Assembly (NCBI GenBank): GCA_964199315.1
Contig: OZ116698.1
Span: 23,002,001 to 23,066,000 of the forward strand
DNA: 64,000 nt
Source of the DNA: Orbicella franksi
Lineage: Eukaryota
Reading direction: 5' to 3'
The position numbers and the translations under genes are program-made. Positions 48,452 through 62,067 of this stretch are shown piece after piece. Numbering within the stretch: position 1 is the first letter of the stretch; every line of letters starts with the position of its first letter. The notes beneath the pieces are model-generated. The model was not told where the DNA came from. It saw only the letters and a program-made list of their open reading frames with translations, and searched no databases.

Positions 48452-51400
48452 AACCACAAGTTACATGTATCTCTCATATCCACATGTACTATCTACGTGA
48501 GCCATGCAACACACCTTTTTCTCCTGTTCTAACATCATCTGTCTGTGAAGCTGCATCAGTTGCATCTGTTGCTCTGGCTGCATGTTTTGGAACAACTGAG
48601 CCTGGGCTGCAAATGTAGCCTTGGGATCTACAGGCATGCCCTGCATGTACGCTAGCTGACTGAGACTCTTCAACATCTCCATTGACATGCCACCAGCCTG
48701 GTAGTACTGGTGCAGTGTCAACTGCTGTTGAAACTGTAAATTGCGCAGCTGTTCTGCAGAAATGGGTTCATGCATTCTGTAACTTAGGTCTGCAGTAGTG
48801 TCCCTTAAGTCTCTCCTTTCTCTCTCTTTCTCTGCCACAGCCTTATCCTTTGAAGAACTATAAGTGAGAGGTTCGTCTTTCACAATGACGACTTCAGAGT
48901 CATCCTGACTGCTACCATCAGATGCTCTTGATTTTTGATGTAATGCTGTTCCAGCAGATGACTGTTGAGGGCTGTTTCCTTCTGGGGAGGGTTTTGACAT
49001 GGCTAAGGAGTGTGGTACAGGTGACTTTGAGGTTGCATAGGCTGATGCTTCTCTGAACAAAGTTTCATTTTTTCTTTCACTTCTAACTGGCTCATTCATC
49101 CCTGAAGCTTTTATTCCTGAAATACACAATACAAGTGGGTATTTTAATTTAAAAATTCTCAAGAATAATTATTATGAGATTTTCATTGAGTTTTGATCCA
49201 AAGAATTGGAGGGAAGGAAGGAGGACTCATGAAAGACTACGTGTAGCAAATGAGGAAATTAGAAACCCATAATACAGGACAGGTAAGATGCAGATGGTAA
49301 GGGTGAATGACAGACCCTGAGGTGTACATAAAGTGAAAAATAGATGATTTGAAAAACATAAGACCGTTTAAGATACTTTACAATTACATCACTGTTACAG
49401 TATCAACCAGCAATCAGACCACAGGTGTAATATACAGATTTAGGCTAGCCTTAAAGCGTAGCTCCTGGGCCGGGTTGTTTAAAGCACGATTAAGCTAACT
49501 CAGGAAAAGGTAGAATTTCAATTTCAGTTTTGTAACTTTGCAGTGAGGTTTTCTGTATATTGTTTGACCTTCTGTTTTGAGTTTTAATAATCACCATATA
49601 CACAAAACAAAGCAGTAAAACACATTGTCAGTAGAAGAAAAAGCTATAATTCAGTTAACTTTTAATCCTGGGTTAGCAGTAACCAGCTTCCAAACAATCC
49701 TGCCCTGTTTTCAACAAGTTAACCTGACATGAGCCCACGATCCAATCGAAAAACAAAACTTGGTCAGCGGTCAACTTAAAAAGACCACGTTACCTCAATG
49801 AGCTATAAACTTGAACCCACGATATGGTCATGTGATACTGGTCAGCAGATACCTTGTTTTGGCAGGTGTCAATTGATTATAACATGGATGTCCAATATCA
49901 AAGAAATACACGGTAAACCAAGGCTGCATGTCTTTCAGCCTATTATTTGGAGTATGGCCGCCATGTTAGCGACTCCGTCATACGCACCCACGAGCAATAC
50001 TGCTAGACATGATAACCATGAGAAAATCAACTCATGGGTTTCCTTTTCCTTCCTATAAGAGTATGGGGCTCCGCCTTAGCTCCACTATAAATTAAAAAGC
50101 TGTCCAAAGCAGAAAAAAATAGTAATCAAACCTGGCCTAATGCTAGGGTGGGATGACACAGATCCCTGAGTTTTTATTCCTGGTCCAATGATTGGCAGAA
50201 CAGATGGAAGGCCAGAATGAATGGCAGGTCCTGGACTTCTCTTTAGTGATACTGGTGACACTTCTCCCACTGGAATAGGCACTTGCAATGTTTGCAGTTG
50301 CTTAGCTTTGTTCTCTGGCTGCGACAACTCTGCAGACACATCAATGGCACTTGGTCTGGGAGAAGTACTTGAATAGGTTACTGCAAACGTATTTAGGAAG
50401 CTGGATTAAATGCAATGTTACTTTTATGTGTCATTCTATAAACAGTAAGTCCTTTATGGGCCTCATGGATAGTGTGTTAGACTCCAGATTGAGATATGCA
50501 GGTACGAGCTGTGGCTGGAGTCCTTGTGCTATGTTCTTGTGTAAGATGTTTTACTCTCACATTACCAGTGGATGCCAGGAAGGATGGGAGAAAACTTTTG
50601 AGGGAATAGCATTCCATGTAGGGCATGAAACAATACCCTCAATCACTTCATGCTACAGAAACAAAAGCCAATGCTCAGCCTGTAGCATCTACCATGTGCC
50701 TCCTCTTGATATGATCCTTACAATTGTGACAGGATCTCATCCGGATGGGACGTTAGGCCCCAGCACACATACCCCAAAAGGTTGCTTGCAACTCTAATTG
50801 ACCTACGGCTGAGCAGTAGCCAGCAAAAGACAAATTAAATGGGCAGCGTTTGACTTTCATCCACCATTAAAACAATGTGATCGTGTAACTTCTTACTGGG
50901 CAGCAGTTTAAAGTAATTCCAGCAGCAAGGCACTTGTCTTCTACACAAGAGCATCTTTAACATGAAACCTACTGTAACCCAAAAGAACTGAAATTGTTCA
51001 ATAGTACTTTCATAATATCTGCTTTTAATTTTTAATATAATATCTGCTTTTAATTTTTCACATTTTGCAAGATGGAATTTGCGATATTTCACTTGTAAAA
51101 GTGTTAACTTTGGAACTGTTACATGACCTGTACAAGAGAACATTGTATGTGAGGGTTAAAAAGAAGGACCTTGGGAGACTGAATAGAATAACCATTTTTC
51201 TATACACCTACAAATACTGTACATGTATAGACAACCTTTACCTGATGTCACAGATGAAACAGTGGCTGAAGTCCTATGTTCAGAGGCTTTCAAATGGTTT
51301 GATGCCAATCCACCATCTGAAGCCCTTGGGTAAGGATGGGCAACGCCCACAGGAAGAGATGGAGCAAGTGAATTACTACTCCTTGAAATCAAAGCTGGTT

Positions 51401-54400
51401 GTGGTCTGGCCAGAGCTCTGGCTGCTGCCTTGTAAGACTTTTCATGATCCTCTGTTCCTTGGCCAGGAAGAGGGCTTTTCCTGTTACCTCTTGATTCATT
51501 AAATCCATAACTTCCCTTGGACACCATGTTTTGTTTGCTTTGCTCCCCTGATGTTAGGGACAGTGAAGACATGAAAGGTACTTTCAAGTCTGCTGGTGTA
51601 AAACCTGGTGTGTTTACCTCTTGTCTGATCCCTTTTGTTGTCTCTGTAGGCTGAAATTCATGCTTTACTATGACAGGTTGAAAAGGACTTGATGGAGTTT
51701 TCCTGTCAACCATTGAAGAATGCAGCCTGGAACCAGCAATTGAAAGAGATGAAGGTGATTGAATGCTAGAGTCAAATCCTGGTCTTGATGAGGATGATTG
51801 CAATGCAGAACTGCCAGGAAATGAAGTAATAAAACTTGGGCTTTTTGTTGAGTGATGAGGTTCCATAGAAACCCCAGCCTTCCTGTTTAAAGCTTCTGGA
51901 ATTGGACTATGAGTTCTAGTATTACTGGTAGGTAGAGGTAAGTTTTTGTTGTTGATTTTACCATCACTATCACTCTCTTCTATACTTGAAAGCTTGACAT
52001 TCAAACCTGTTCTTGCACTTCCAGAACCAGACAAAGAATCGCTCTGATTTTGAAGTGCATCAGAATTGGCACCATTCCGAACAAGTTCTGGATATCTTAT
52101 AGGCGCAAGAGTAGCCTTAGAGTCAACATTTCCTTTCTGATCAACATCTGATGTCCTGATGCATTTGTCATAATTACTATCACCATAGTTTCTACACTCA
52201 AAGAATTTGTATCTCATTGATGGAGCATCACTATTGGTAAGTGGAGGCTCAACAGCACTTCGAGAAATGCTCTTGGAAACAAGAGCTTCCATGGAAATGC
52301 CTGCATTTGTAGTTTTCCCAGCTTTGTCCTCTAAAGCTGTTTGTTTTGTTTCAAAGTTCCTCAGAACTGATGACTGTGCAGACAAATTCTCAGAAGAACT
52401 GGTCCATAAATCACTGTTTTCACTCTCACATTTGGATACAGTTTTCACATTTTTCTCTTTGCTGTTTTTCACATCTGTGGAAGTGTTCTGTTTTCTAACA
52501 TCAAAATAAAAGCTACTCCCAGGCTTAGCTCTCAGTGTGTCCGAGCTCACAAAATTCTTGTCCAAGTTGACTTCTGATTTCTGTACCTGGGTTAAATAGC
52601 CTTCATTTGCAAAAGGTAATCCTCTTGTAATACTTATTCCAGAAGAATTTTTGTGGTCAATAATGGAAGAGCATGGCAGACTAGTCATGTCCTTGTTTGT
52701 GTATTCAGAATCTGCAGGAAATAAAATAAATAAATATATATATATATATATATAATTCACTAATTAAAAATCATTTCTGGTCTGAGTCTTCTCACAGTAA
52801 ACTTCTAATGGATCCATTTTCACAGCTTCTATCTTTCTTGCCACTTTAAATACCATGAACACTTGTTTTTGAGCAACAGAAAAGCCCAGTCAGTTGTTGA
52901 AGAGTCCATTTACTGGGCTTTTCAAAATCAAGCAAACTCTGAAATAAAAATGTCAACAAACAGGATCATCTTTGCAGATCTCTTTGCTTCTCTTTGCTGA
53001 TAAGCTCTGATCCATTTTGCTTCTCTTTAAAAGGTTTGTTGATAATTCCTGTAATAATGATTGGCAGTGGCAACAACTTCAGAGTTCACATGATTTTGAA
53101 AAGTGCAGTAATAAGGTCACCCCTTTCATACAATCACATCTTTATGGCATGTTTGTGTTCAGGGCAAGAGAGTCTTATTGTGTAGTTCCAGAAAATATCC
53201 ATACCCACCCCAAGGAAGGTTAACAGAAATTCCAAGGGGGAGGGGGGTTTCAAAAGCCCAAATTTTTGAAGGAAAGAATGGCACTTAAGTGGAATTTCCA
53301 GAGGGGTGGCGGGGGAGGGTCCAAACTTAAAACATTCCATGGGAAGGGTATGGATATTTTCTGGAACAACACATTGCACCTCATATCACACATAGCAGAC
53401 TAGCATTCATGTTCGATCTGTTACTCTGACGATGGCAAAACTTTTTGGACATTCAGTCCTACTACTGTAAGAAGAGTACATGTACAATGTACTAGGTAGA
53501 TATCAGAAATTAACACTGTTACTTGGTATGCAGTAGTCATATGGCCTGACGCTGAACATCTACAGTAAGCACTGTATACATTTTTAGCTCTCTTATTTCA
53601 GTAAGCATTCAATCATAACTTACAATGCACTATCATCATTTAGAAACCCTAAATTGTGATAAAGTAGCCTTTACCTTGGCCAGGATCAATGTCTTCTTCA
53701 TTCTCACTGATGTCCTCAACTTCAATGCCTAGCTGATTAATAAGCCCTACTCCAGTGTCAACAGCCTGCCGCAAATCCACTGGCTGCATACCAGGAATAC
53801 TAAGCTGGTTGTCAGACTGTTTGCCACTGAAGTTGTTTTCAGCAAGAGCTTTCTCCATGTCCTCAACCTGACTTATACTAATTGTCTCCATGTCATGGGA
53901 TTTTCCACTGCCATTTGGCCCACTAACTCCGCAGTCAATAACTGCAGTTTCCCATACCTCTTGACTGCCCTGGGAAGGCTCAGATTTTATTCCAACTGTG
54001 CTAGTGTCTGGCATTTCTCTTGTTAGTACTTCAGCTGTGGTTTTTGTACATGTTGTCAAGTTTGTAGAGTCCTTAACCTGTTCCTTTTCCAAATTCTTTA
54101 CTGCAATTTGCTGCTCGTCTAGTACAGACTTAAAGCCAGACTTTGAATCAATGTGTTTGGCTTGATCAACATTTTTTTGGTTATCATTTTCCTTCCTGAT
54201 CTCATGTTCACAAGCCTGTTGACATTTATCCGAGCTTTCTACAAATGATACAGAAGTGTCATCCATAGCACCGTCTTCCTCATTTGTAGGAATGGTCAAA
54301 TTGGATTCTTTACCTTCCTTTGCATTTGTCAAATCCACACATGGCTCAGTGATTTCCTTTTTCTTGCCACCTGATACTCTGGATGATGCATCATTCTTCC

Positions 54401-57400
54401 TCTCATTAATGGCAGCAAGAGCAGCAGCTAGCGATGGAGACACACTCCTTGCTCTGGCACTGACACGTGACGTCCTTCCTTTGAAACCTGGCTTAGTATC
54501 AGGTTCTTTGAACTCTTCTACAGGTGAAGGACTGGTACTTGCAGATCTCTCATCTGATTGGTTGGACTAGATTGAAAAGAAGTGAAAAAGCACAACATTT
54601 GTGAACTGACAAGCTACCTGTACCAACTTTCTCGGTAAAACATTCTGAAAAATTACTTGCAACAGCATAGTGGGACAGTTCAAAATCATAAGAAAATCTA
54701 AAGGCAAGTTCAGTTCTTTGATCTACAAAATGCCCGACTTCATCACAAACCTACTCATAAACCTAACCCAAAGCTTGATAACAAGTCAGATCTGACTCAC
54801 TGGAACATCTTTGTTACATGCAGCTGGACAATTTCCTTTTTACAATTTAAATACGTTGCTGAAAATTAAACTACAACATATACAACACTTCATACAATCC
54901 ACTCACCTCTTCCAAGTGTGCATGTGCTTGATGATAGCGCAATCCATTGATATGCTTGTACTTTTTGTCACAACCAGGTTCAGGACATTCAATCAAGGTG
55001 GGAGATGGTTGAGGTGATACCGTTGTCTTTATTGTACAGCTTCGCTTTCCAGGGCGTGGGCCATCATCATAATCATCCATATTTTTGGACCTTCTCTTTC
55101 CCATTCCTTTAAACCCTTGGGATTTTGGAGGAGGGCAGCCCGACACTCCCCTCTTTCGCCCACGCAGTTTGTGCTTCAGAGGTGTGGCTGCAATTCACAG
55201 TATTATAACAAATTAGGTTTCAAAGAAAACACGACTTCGGAAAAACTATTGTGTTCAGTTCCAAAATTGTCAAAGTTACCTTCTTTATTGGCATTTCCTG
55301 CAGACGAGGATACTGAGCTATTTTTCTGTCTCCTCTTTCCCTTCACACCTTTTCCACCCATCTTCATTTCATTTTCACCACCATCCATGGCTGGAAATCT
55401 GTAGCAAAAGGACACAAAATAATGCACAAAAAGTATTTAGTGAATGAGTATGCAGGGAGAAGTGAGAGTGATGATGTATAATTTTTATGTATGGTACCTT
55501 AAGACTGCAGTCCTACCTCTGTGACAAGTGGTGCCAGTGACAATGTCACTGGGTAACATGCCAAATGTACATAAATGCACTTTTTTCAAAGTCAGTTGAA
55601 AATTCACTTTTGAGGCTGTAATTTTGAAAACTGCAGTTACACAAAATTAATGTCATAATTATTTCATTACCTTGGACTGGCCCAGGCATGTCTTGAACAA
55701 TCCATCAGAGAGCCACAATAAAATTTGTTTCTCCATTTGATATTAACAACCAATACTCCTGAAATAAACATACATCATGCAACACATCAGAATGGACGAT
55801 TATCGTACACCTGCAAGTTATCATTAGTCAAACCTACAATAATATTATATGTGAAACTAGTATAAAAAAATGTCTTACTAACCTTTGATTCTACATGTAC
55901 GGTCACTATTATTATCCCTTAACCAAATCAGGCCAAGACCTAGTAATCAAATGACTGACAAAAACCAGCTAGTACTCTTACCTCCAATTTCATGACAGAC
56001 TATCCCATGGAGAGTCACAGGGACACCAGGAGCTGCAGGCGATGAACTGTTCTCATCTCCTTGACACACTGAGTTGGGCAGCTTTTCTAGAAGATTGGCT
56101 AATGGAATATTACCATCCAAACCTGTCATGAATCCTTGTAGTCCAGCAGGAAACATCTGATGGGGCAAATTGATTGATGTCTATTGACACAAGAAACTTC
56201 AATTTAAAAGCTTTTTAGATTTTTAGAGCCGTTTTCAATTGAATGTTGAAAGTAATCAGGCAATTAGTTTAGTTTTGTTTTTGGTTTTACTACAGTTTGA
56301 GATTGGCTGAGTAGTCTAATTGGTAAGTAATTGGTTTGGTTTTGCAACACTCAATTGAAAACTGCTCTAACACAAAAACCACCTTGGTTTAACAATACCC
56401 TGCAATCCTTTTATCCATCTCTGCCCTCACTAAGGATTGGTAAGGTTCCTATTTTCTTTTCAAAGAACACCCCCATGTACATGTACATGCAAGAGGAAAA
56501 TGTCTCAGGGAAGAAACACTTAAATAGAATACACAACAGTTCTTATACACGTCTTATTGTTTTCTGGTTCTTTGAGCAATTAAAAGAAGTGTGCTTAGTC
56601 TATCCCAGCTTTATGGACACAGTGAATAATTTTTGGTCCCATCCCTGTTCATTCATATGAAGAAATGCCTTGACTGCACTGTAGGTGTACATAAGACTAC
56701 TAAGAATATTTCAGACATTGACAGTCAAGACCATATTCACATTCCTGGTAATGGACTGGAACTACAGTAGCTTGCAATGGAGGCACAAGCAGGGGAATAT
56801 CATGAAAAAGAGATACTGGTAAATGTCATTTGCATTTGAAAAGACTTCCCACATTAGCTCCTCAGCTGCAAGCTATTCCAGTTCAATACCAGGAATATGA
56901 ATATGGTCTATTGGAGTTCAATTCCTGTTTTATGCACATGAACTGAGCATGCAGTAACAGTACAGTACCTCTTGATCATCTGACGGCTCCTGCTTGATTT
57001 TGGTTTCCTTCCCATTCTTTTCATTTCCATTTAAAGAGATGTCATCATCCTCATCCTCATTTTTACTTTCCTCTTCATCCTCATCATCGTCATCATCCTC
57101 TGCCTCATCATCATCATCTTCATCATCGTCGTCGTCATCTTCATCTGCATCATCATCTTCATCATCATCATCACTACCATTATCCTCTCCATTGCCATCT
57201 GCTCCAGAATTACCACCATTGCTTGAACTGTTCTCGTAATCTCTAGTGCCTTTGGAGATCTTCCGTCCACGATTTCTTCCACCACCTTGAGACTTTTGGT
57301 TGTACTCCTTGTTATCACTTTTCCTTCTCCCACGACTGACCACACGACCTTGCTTCATGGTCTTACTTGGATTGACACACACATTGTTTACCTCAGGGGT

Positions 57401-57670
57401 GTCCACTTGATTAGTCACAACTGCATCCTCCTTGGACGGTCCAGAGTACACATCAGAAGAGCAGATAACCTTGCTGGATGCATTTTCAATATTTTCAACA
57501 ATTCTTGAAGATAAGTTTAAATCAGCTGTTCTTTGCCCATTACATATAGCCATGTCATTTTTCAAGTCTTCTCCTTCTTTATCAAAGTTATCTCCGTGTG
57601 GAGCCTTTTCTACTTTTTCTAGATCCTTAGCCTGAGGTGTACAAGATGTTATACCAACTGATACTGTCAT
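44702..57670 (-). CDS. ZNF608: ZNF608/ZNF609 (Drosophila scribbler/brakeless)-like C2H2 transcriptional co-regulator; 14 coding exons (57670-56969, 56180-55982, 55758-55671, 55398-55280, 55187-54907, 54566-53675, 52711-51242, 50380-50132, 49116-48515, 47492-47116, 46900-46738, 46384-46111, 45684-45109, 44775-44702), about 2021 aa
   Basis: The single zinc finger [30 protein letters not shown] and the upstream domain [47 protein letters not shown] match the ZNF608/609 conserved blocks. Exon phases sum to 6066 nt. The N-terminal start and a few low-complexity exon boundaries are less certain. It is probably co-orthologous to both vertebrate paralogues. Confidence 0.9.
47701..47857. mobile_element. 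MITE of the CTGGCCC(A)GTTGTTCAAA family; related copies at about 34630-34752 (reverse) and 49464-49707
   Basis: The termini are imperfectly inverted (CTGGCCCAGGTTGTTCAAAAGGT / ACCTTCGAAAAACCAGGGCCTGG) and TTATCCAGTGGATA palindromes occur inside. A homologous copy lies in TPGS2 intron 3. Confidence 0.7.
48412..48447. repeat. Poly(A) tract (36 nt)
   Basis: An uninterrupted A run in a ZNF608-like intron. Confidence 0.95.
50457..50560 (+). mobile_element. Highly decayed SINE head
   Basis: GGCCTCATGGATAGTGTGTTAGACTCCAGATTGAG...TTCTTGTGTAAGATGTTTTACTCTCAC is a CpG-decayed version of the SINE 5' part. Confidence 0.45.
53179..53373. mobile_element. MITE
   Basis: TIRs TGTGTAGTTCCAGAAAATATCCATACCC / GGGTATGGATATTTTCTGGAACAACACA. 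Confidence 0.8.
56224..56369. mobile_element. MITE
   Basis: TIRs TAGAGCCGTTTTCAATTGA / TCAATTGAAAACTGCTCTA. Confidence 0.7.
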
Positions 57671-58171
57671 CACTCAAACACCACGGCTAGCTGTCTGTTA
57701 CAGCGAGTCTTGGACCATACATTCACTGATTAATGATTCATAATTCTAAAGGAATTCAAAGACAGAGATCAAGACGATTAATTTTTAATCATAAATCTGT
57801 ATATATGTTAAGTGATATGAGGTCCATATTGAGGAAATATTGAATGTGTGTGTCTTTTTTACAAGTTAATGGACTGAGCTGCATGCAAGATAAATCACAG
57901 TATTCCATTGGAATAATTAACATACAGCTCTTCCTTCCTTAGCAATAAGACATGTTTTAAAACATATTAAGTCACAAATAATCCTCACCATCAGAATGGA
58001 AAATCAAAAGTGTGCATACTGTACTAATGGCCACTGTATTTAAAATAGAAATTGAGTTCTGAGGATGTCTAAAGGCTTCTATTTCATAACAAGGTCTCAT
58101 TTCCTCTCTCAGTTCAGAGATCATATATTATCAAGTTGAACATGTTTTATGTGAAATGAAAGATTTTCAAA

Positions 58172-58789
58172 GGGCACGATCCATTCAACCAAAATTTCCG
58201 GAAATTTCAGTCTAAAACTGAATGGATTGGTTCGGTCCAACCTGAAAAGTTTTGAAAAAATCGGTCCACTTTTCAAGGTGGACCACTTTTCCCGGTTGGA
58301 CTGGTCCGATCAAAATGGACCGTTCCATTAGACCATTCCGACCCATTCTCAATCCCAGTACCTCACTGTTCGGTATTTTCCATGTACACCATGGAGGAAA
58401 ACACTTACTACTTCGCTACTTTGCAAACCAAGTGTATGTTTTGGCTGTTAACAGCTCTTAAAAACGATTTATTTCCCGAGAGAATTTGGAATGTTCTTTT
58501 CATCATTCGAAAGTGGTGTTTGAACTCATACGGCAAATATCTGGGAATGGTCTGCTCAAAATAACCCGTTATACCGGTTAAATTACTATGCATGAAAGAG
58601 CTCACACAATATCATTGATATCACCATCAAAATCATCATCTAGCTCTTATATGAGCAACAGTGATCCAATATCCTCCATTTCAAATGAGCAGGGGAATGG
58701 AACGAGACTGTCCAGACCCATCACAATCCATTCGACACCAAGAAATTTCGAACCTCAACCCGGAAATTTTGGTTGAATGGATTGCGCCC
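58172..58789. mobile_element. Harbinger-like MITE (618 bp)
   Basis: About 30-bp TIRs GGGCACGATCCATTCAACCAAAATTTCCGG / CCGGAAATTTTGGTTGAATGGATTGCGCCC, with no ORF inside. Confidence 0.8.
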
Positions 58790-61700
58790 GAAGTTAGTCC
58801 AGCCTACCAGTTGCTTCTTCATTCAAACCAAGACATTTCCTATCCTCAGATATCAAGCCTACAAATAAACATCCATTTGAATGCTTGAAATTTTCAACAG
58901 CTCTAAGCACTATATTAACAATAATGGACCACTAAACTAACTTTTGCTAAGGGAGAGTTCAATATTTTCGTGATGTTGATTGTTGACTACAGTTGTGTGG
59001 CTAAGCATAAGAAATCCTTTGTTTAAGTTGTTTTCGTCAGTCCCCTGAGAGACAAAGCAACAGAATCAATATTTTTTTGCTAATTTATGGAGCTTATTAT
59101 ACCTCTGTTAGATGTCACTAGAACATGCAAATTTACAGACAAAAAAAATTCACTAGAGATCTAAACCACCTAATGATGCAATCTTCAATTGTGGAGAAAA
59201 CTATTTATTAAAAATAGTGCAAAATAGTGCTTGTTTTCTTAAGAACAATGATAACCTTGCATTGCTAAAACGTTATTCTTTGTTATTGATATGGTGTCAA
59301 GTATAGTATCAGCAACACAGAAAAAATATAATTTGCATATTTATTACTAAAGATATCTTGCATTGATTATAATAAATTACTTCCTTGGCAAGTGTCCTTT
59401 TATTTGAGATGAAAGCGTGAAATAAAAACATAGCAGTGCTAATCCTCTTATCTGCAGATTTTTCTTCTCATTGATTAAAAGAATTTTGAGCTACATTAAG
59501 ACATCCACTTGATGTTTGTCATTATTCTCATCACTGCACCTCCTTGAAATGTATTGGCCTTAGTAGGAGAATTTAAATTTTGGGGTTAAACAGCCCTGTG
59601 AGGTAAATGTCTGTATCACATCACACAAGACACCAGAGAGATAAACCAAACACACCTGGCCGAAATTAAAACATGTTAATTATTGTCTCACCACATGCAC
59701 TTGATGTTATACTTTTCTTAAACTAAACCCTGCCACATGTTACCAGCAAGAATTATTGTTACCAGAAATAAATAAAAAAAATACACAGGATGGCACACTT
59801 CAGCTGTAACAAATGCGAAAGCAACATCTCACAACTCGAACACACTTATCAAAAATGTTCACACAATTAGATGGTATACAAGACAGCTAAGAAAAAAATA
59901 ACCTATTTTGTTGAAACTATTAGTTACTATGATTAGTAAAAACATGCTGTTTAAAATATTTATAAAAATAAATGCAAATTTGTCACAGGTCACTTCATAA
60001 ACACACTTAAGGAGGCCACGCTTCACTTCACAACTCATTGCACTCAATATCTCTTTCTCTGTCTACGCTAACTACATAAAACACGAAAAAATCGTTCTTA
60101 GCCAATGCATCTAAAATGTGTGACAGCCCATATTAAAATTACATGTCATTTTCACAGTACAGCGTTGATTCCTAAGGTGGAAGGTTTGCTTGGAATACAA
60201 AAGTTACAATACAAAGACCCTCAAGAACAATTAACAATGGTTATCATGTGAAGAGAACAAAAGAGGGCATTTCATTGGTCGATCAGTTTTGCACCAACTG
60301 TTCAAATAAACGAGGGGGCAACAAAGTCAAGCCTACCACTGGGAAAAACACAGAAGACAATACTTCACAAAAGATTTACCTGAGCGACAACGTAGATAAC
60401 CAATATCGCGCAATGTTTGATCGCTTTATCAAAACGCGAAAGCTAATAACTTCACGTTAAGTTGTTTTCACAGTGTGAACCGTAAGGAAGTACCGAAACG
60501 AAATCCAGTTTCTTGCGGGGTTTTTTTAAAATGATTATCGTCCGCGGATCGAGAAGGCATGTGTAAAATTAGCAAGATTTTTTTCTATGAAAATGGGTTT
60601 AAAAATAGTACAGGTGGACGTAACAAAAAAATCAGTAATGGAAAGGCGATCGCCAGAATCGTGTCGCAAACCTTCATTTTAGAAGGGTTAAATCCTTTAA
60701 TCGCGTTAATGGTAGTTTTGGGACATACCAAACGAGTTTAAAAGCATGGAGTTGTGACGTGGTCTGGGCTTATAAAAGGATTTGAATTTTATCAAAAGCT
60801 TTGCTTACGTCAGTGTCTCGCCCGAACAATCGATGAAGTTTAGAAAACAACAAGCTATTTTACTCCAGTAAAAAGTTCCGCTCGGAATAATAAGGTGTCA
60901 CATTCGAGTACCACATATAAAAATATAAATGGAAACAGCTGAAATAATGGCAGGAACTCTAAAAGTTTTATTCAAGCGGACGATCGCGAATATATGGGGC
61001 CCCCGACATGCAAGATTTGCAAACATGTATCGAGTTATCCCGAGTTATCTAAACAAAATATCAACACATTTTAATAACTCGATCGTTTATCATGTCCATC
61101 AATTGTCGGCAAATTTGAGAGAATTATGCAGGGACGCATTTTATTGGGAGAATAGTTACAAATTACTGTTCTGTAAAATGTTTTTCTTATTGCGAGACAC
61201 CAACTAACGTTCACGCAGGATATTACTTGAAAGCGCTTGAAATTGTTCACGGGTCACTTGGCGGCGTCGAAGAGTAATATGAAGAACTTATTACCGTAGA
61301 TAAAATGGACAAATATCTAACCTTTACCTGTCACAAGAAAAGCACTGCACCATTTGTCTCGAAGGTTAAAACTTCACAAGCGGAATAATCTGTAGAACAC
61401 AAAACATAAGCCTAAATTGACGTCAAGCAACGAGAAATTGAAGAAAGAGAAATTGTTTTTGGGGCAACGAAAACTATCAACTACGACTTTCCAGCTGGAG
61501 TAAGGTTGTTTCTTGGGGAAAAAGCCGATTTTACGTGGGTGATAAGCTATATACAAATCTTTCACCGAATGTGACAAAATTAGAAATTCAAATCGGTCAG
61601 CAATGTTTGTTATTCATAACATTACATATTCGTCGATCACTCCGTAAAATTACGATTTTCGCCTTTCGAACCGAAAGAAACGCTCTTATAAAATGTTCAC

Positions 61701-62037
61701 CATGAACAATTTGCATCCGTGAAACCTTTATGAAAAGACTTCCGACAGAAACTCGGAATTTCCTGAGATTTTCTAGATTTTACAATTCACGCCATACACA
61801 TTCAAAGATGCTTGAAATACCAATTGCTTCAAGACGGAGATAAAAAACTATAAAACGTGGTGCAAACCTCGTGAAACTTCGCTCCTTTGACTCCAATGGT
61901 TAGTCCAATTCAACGGGGTTCTGGTCGCAGTAACTGTTCCGTTTTTCGTTCAAAAATAAAGATTTTACTGCAGTTTCCACAGGACGATTGAAAAGAGATG
62001 CGAGCTACAAAAGGGTCGGGCCAGATATGAGCCTCAC

Positions 62038-62067
62038 GACCAATCAGTAACGGAACTGACCAATCAG
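62038..62067. promoter_or_regulatory. Tandem CCAAT (NF-Y) boxes, candidate ZNF608-like promoter region
   Basis: GACCAATCAG occurs twice, with CCAAT at 62040 and 62060 (20 bp apart), in a CpG-rich region upstream of the ZNF608-like coding exons. A strong minus-strand donor (ACAG|GTAAAG, near 61328) could end a non-coding first exon. Confidence 0.45.

Noticed and set aside
45133-57635. Numerous alternative-frame and antisense ORFs over ZNF608 exons (e.g. 45133-45585, 52207-52509, 54256-54570, 56994-57345)
   Set aside because: These are shadows of long low-complexity coding exons, with no independent evidence.
58950-60010. Large AT-rich non-autonomous DNA transposon
   Set aside because: It looks repeat-like, but I could not find matching termini or a second copy in the window.
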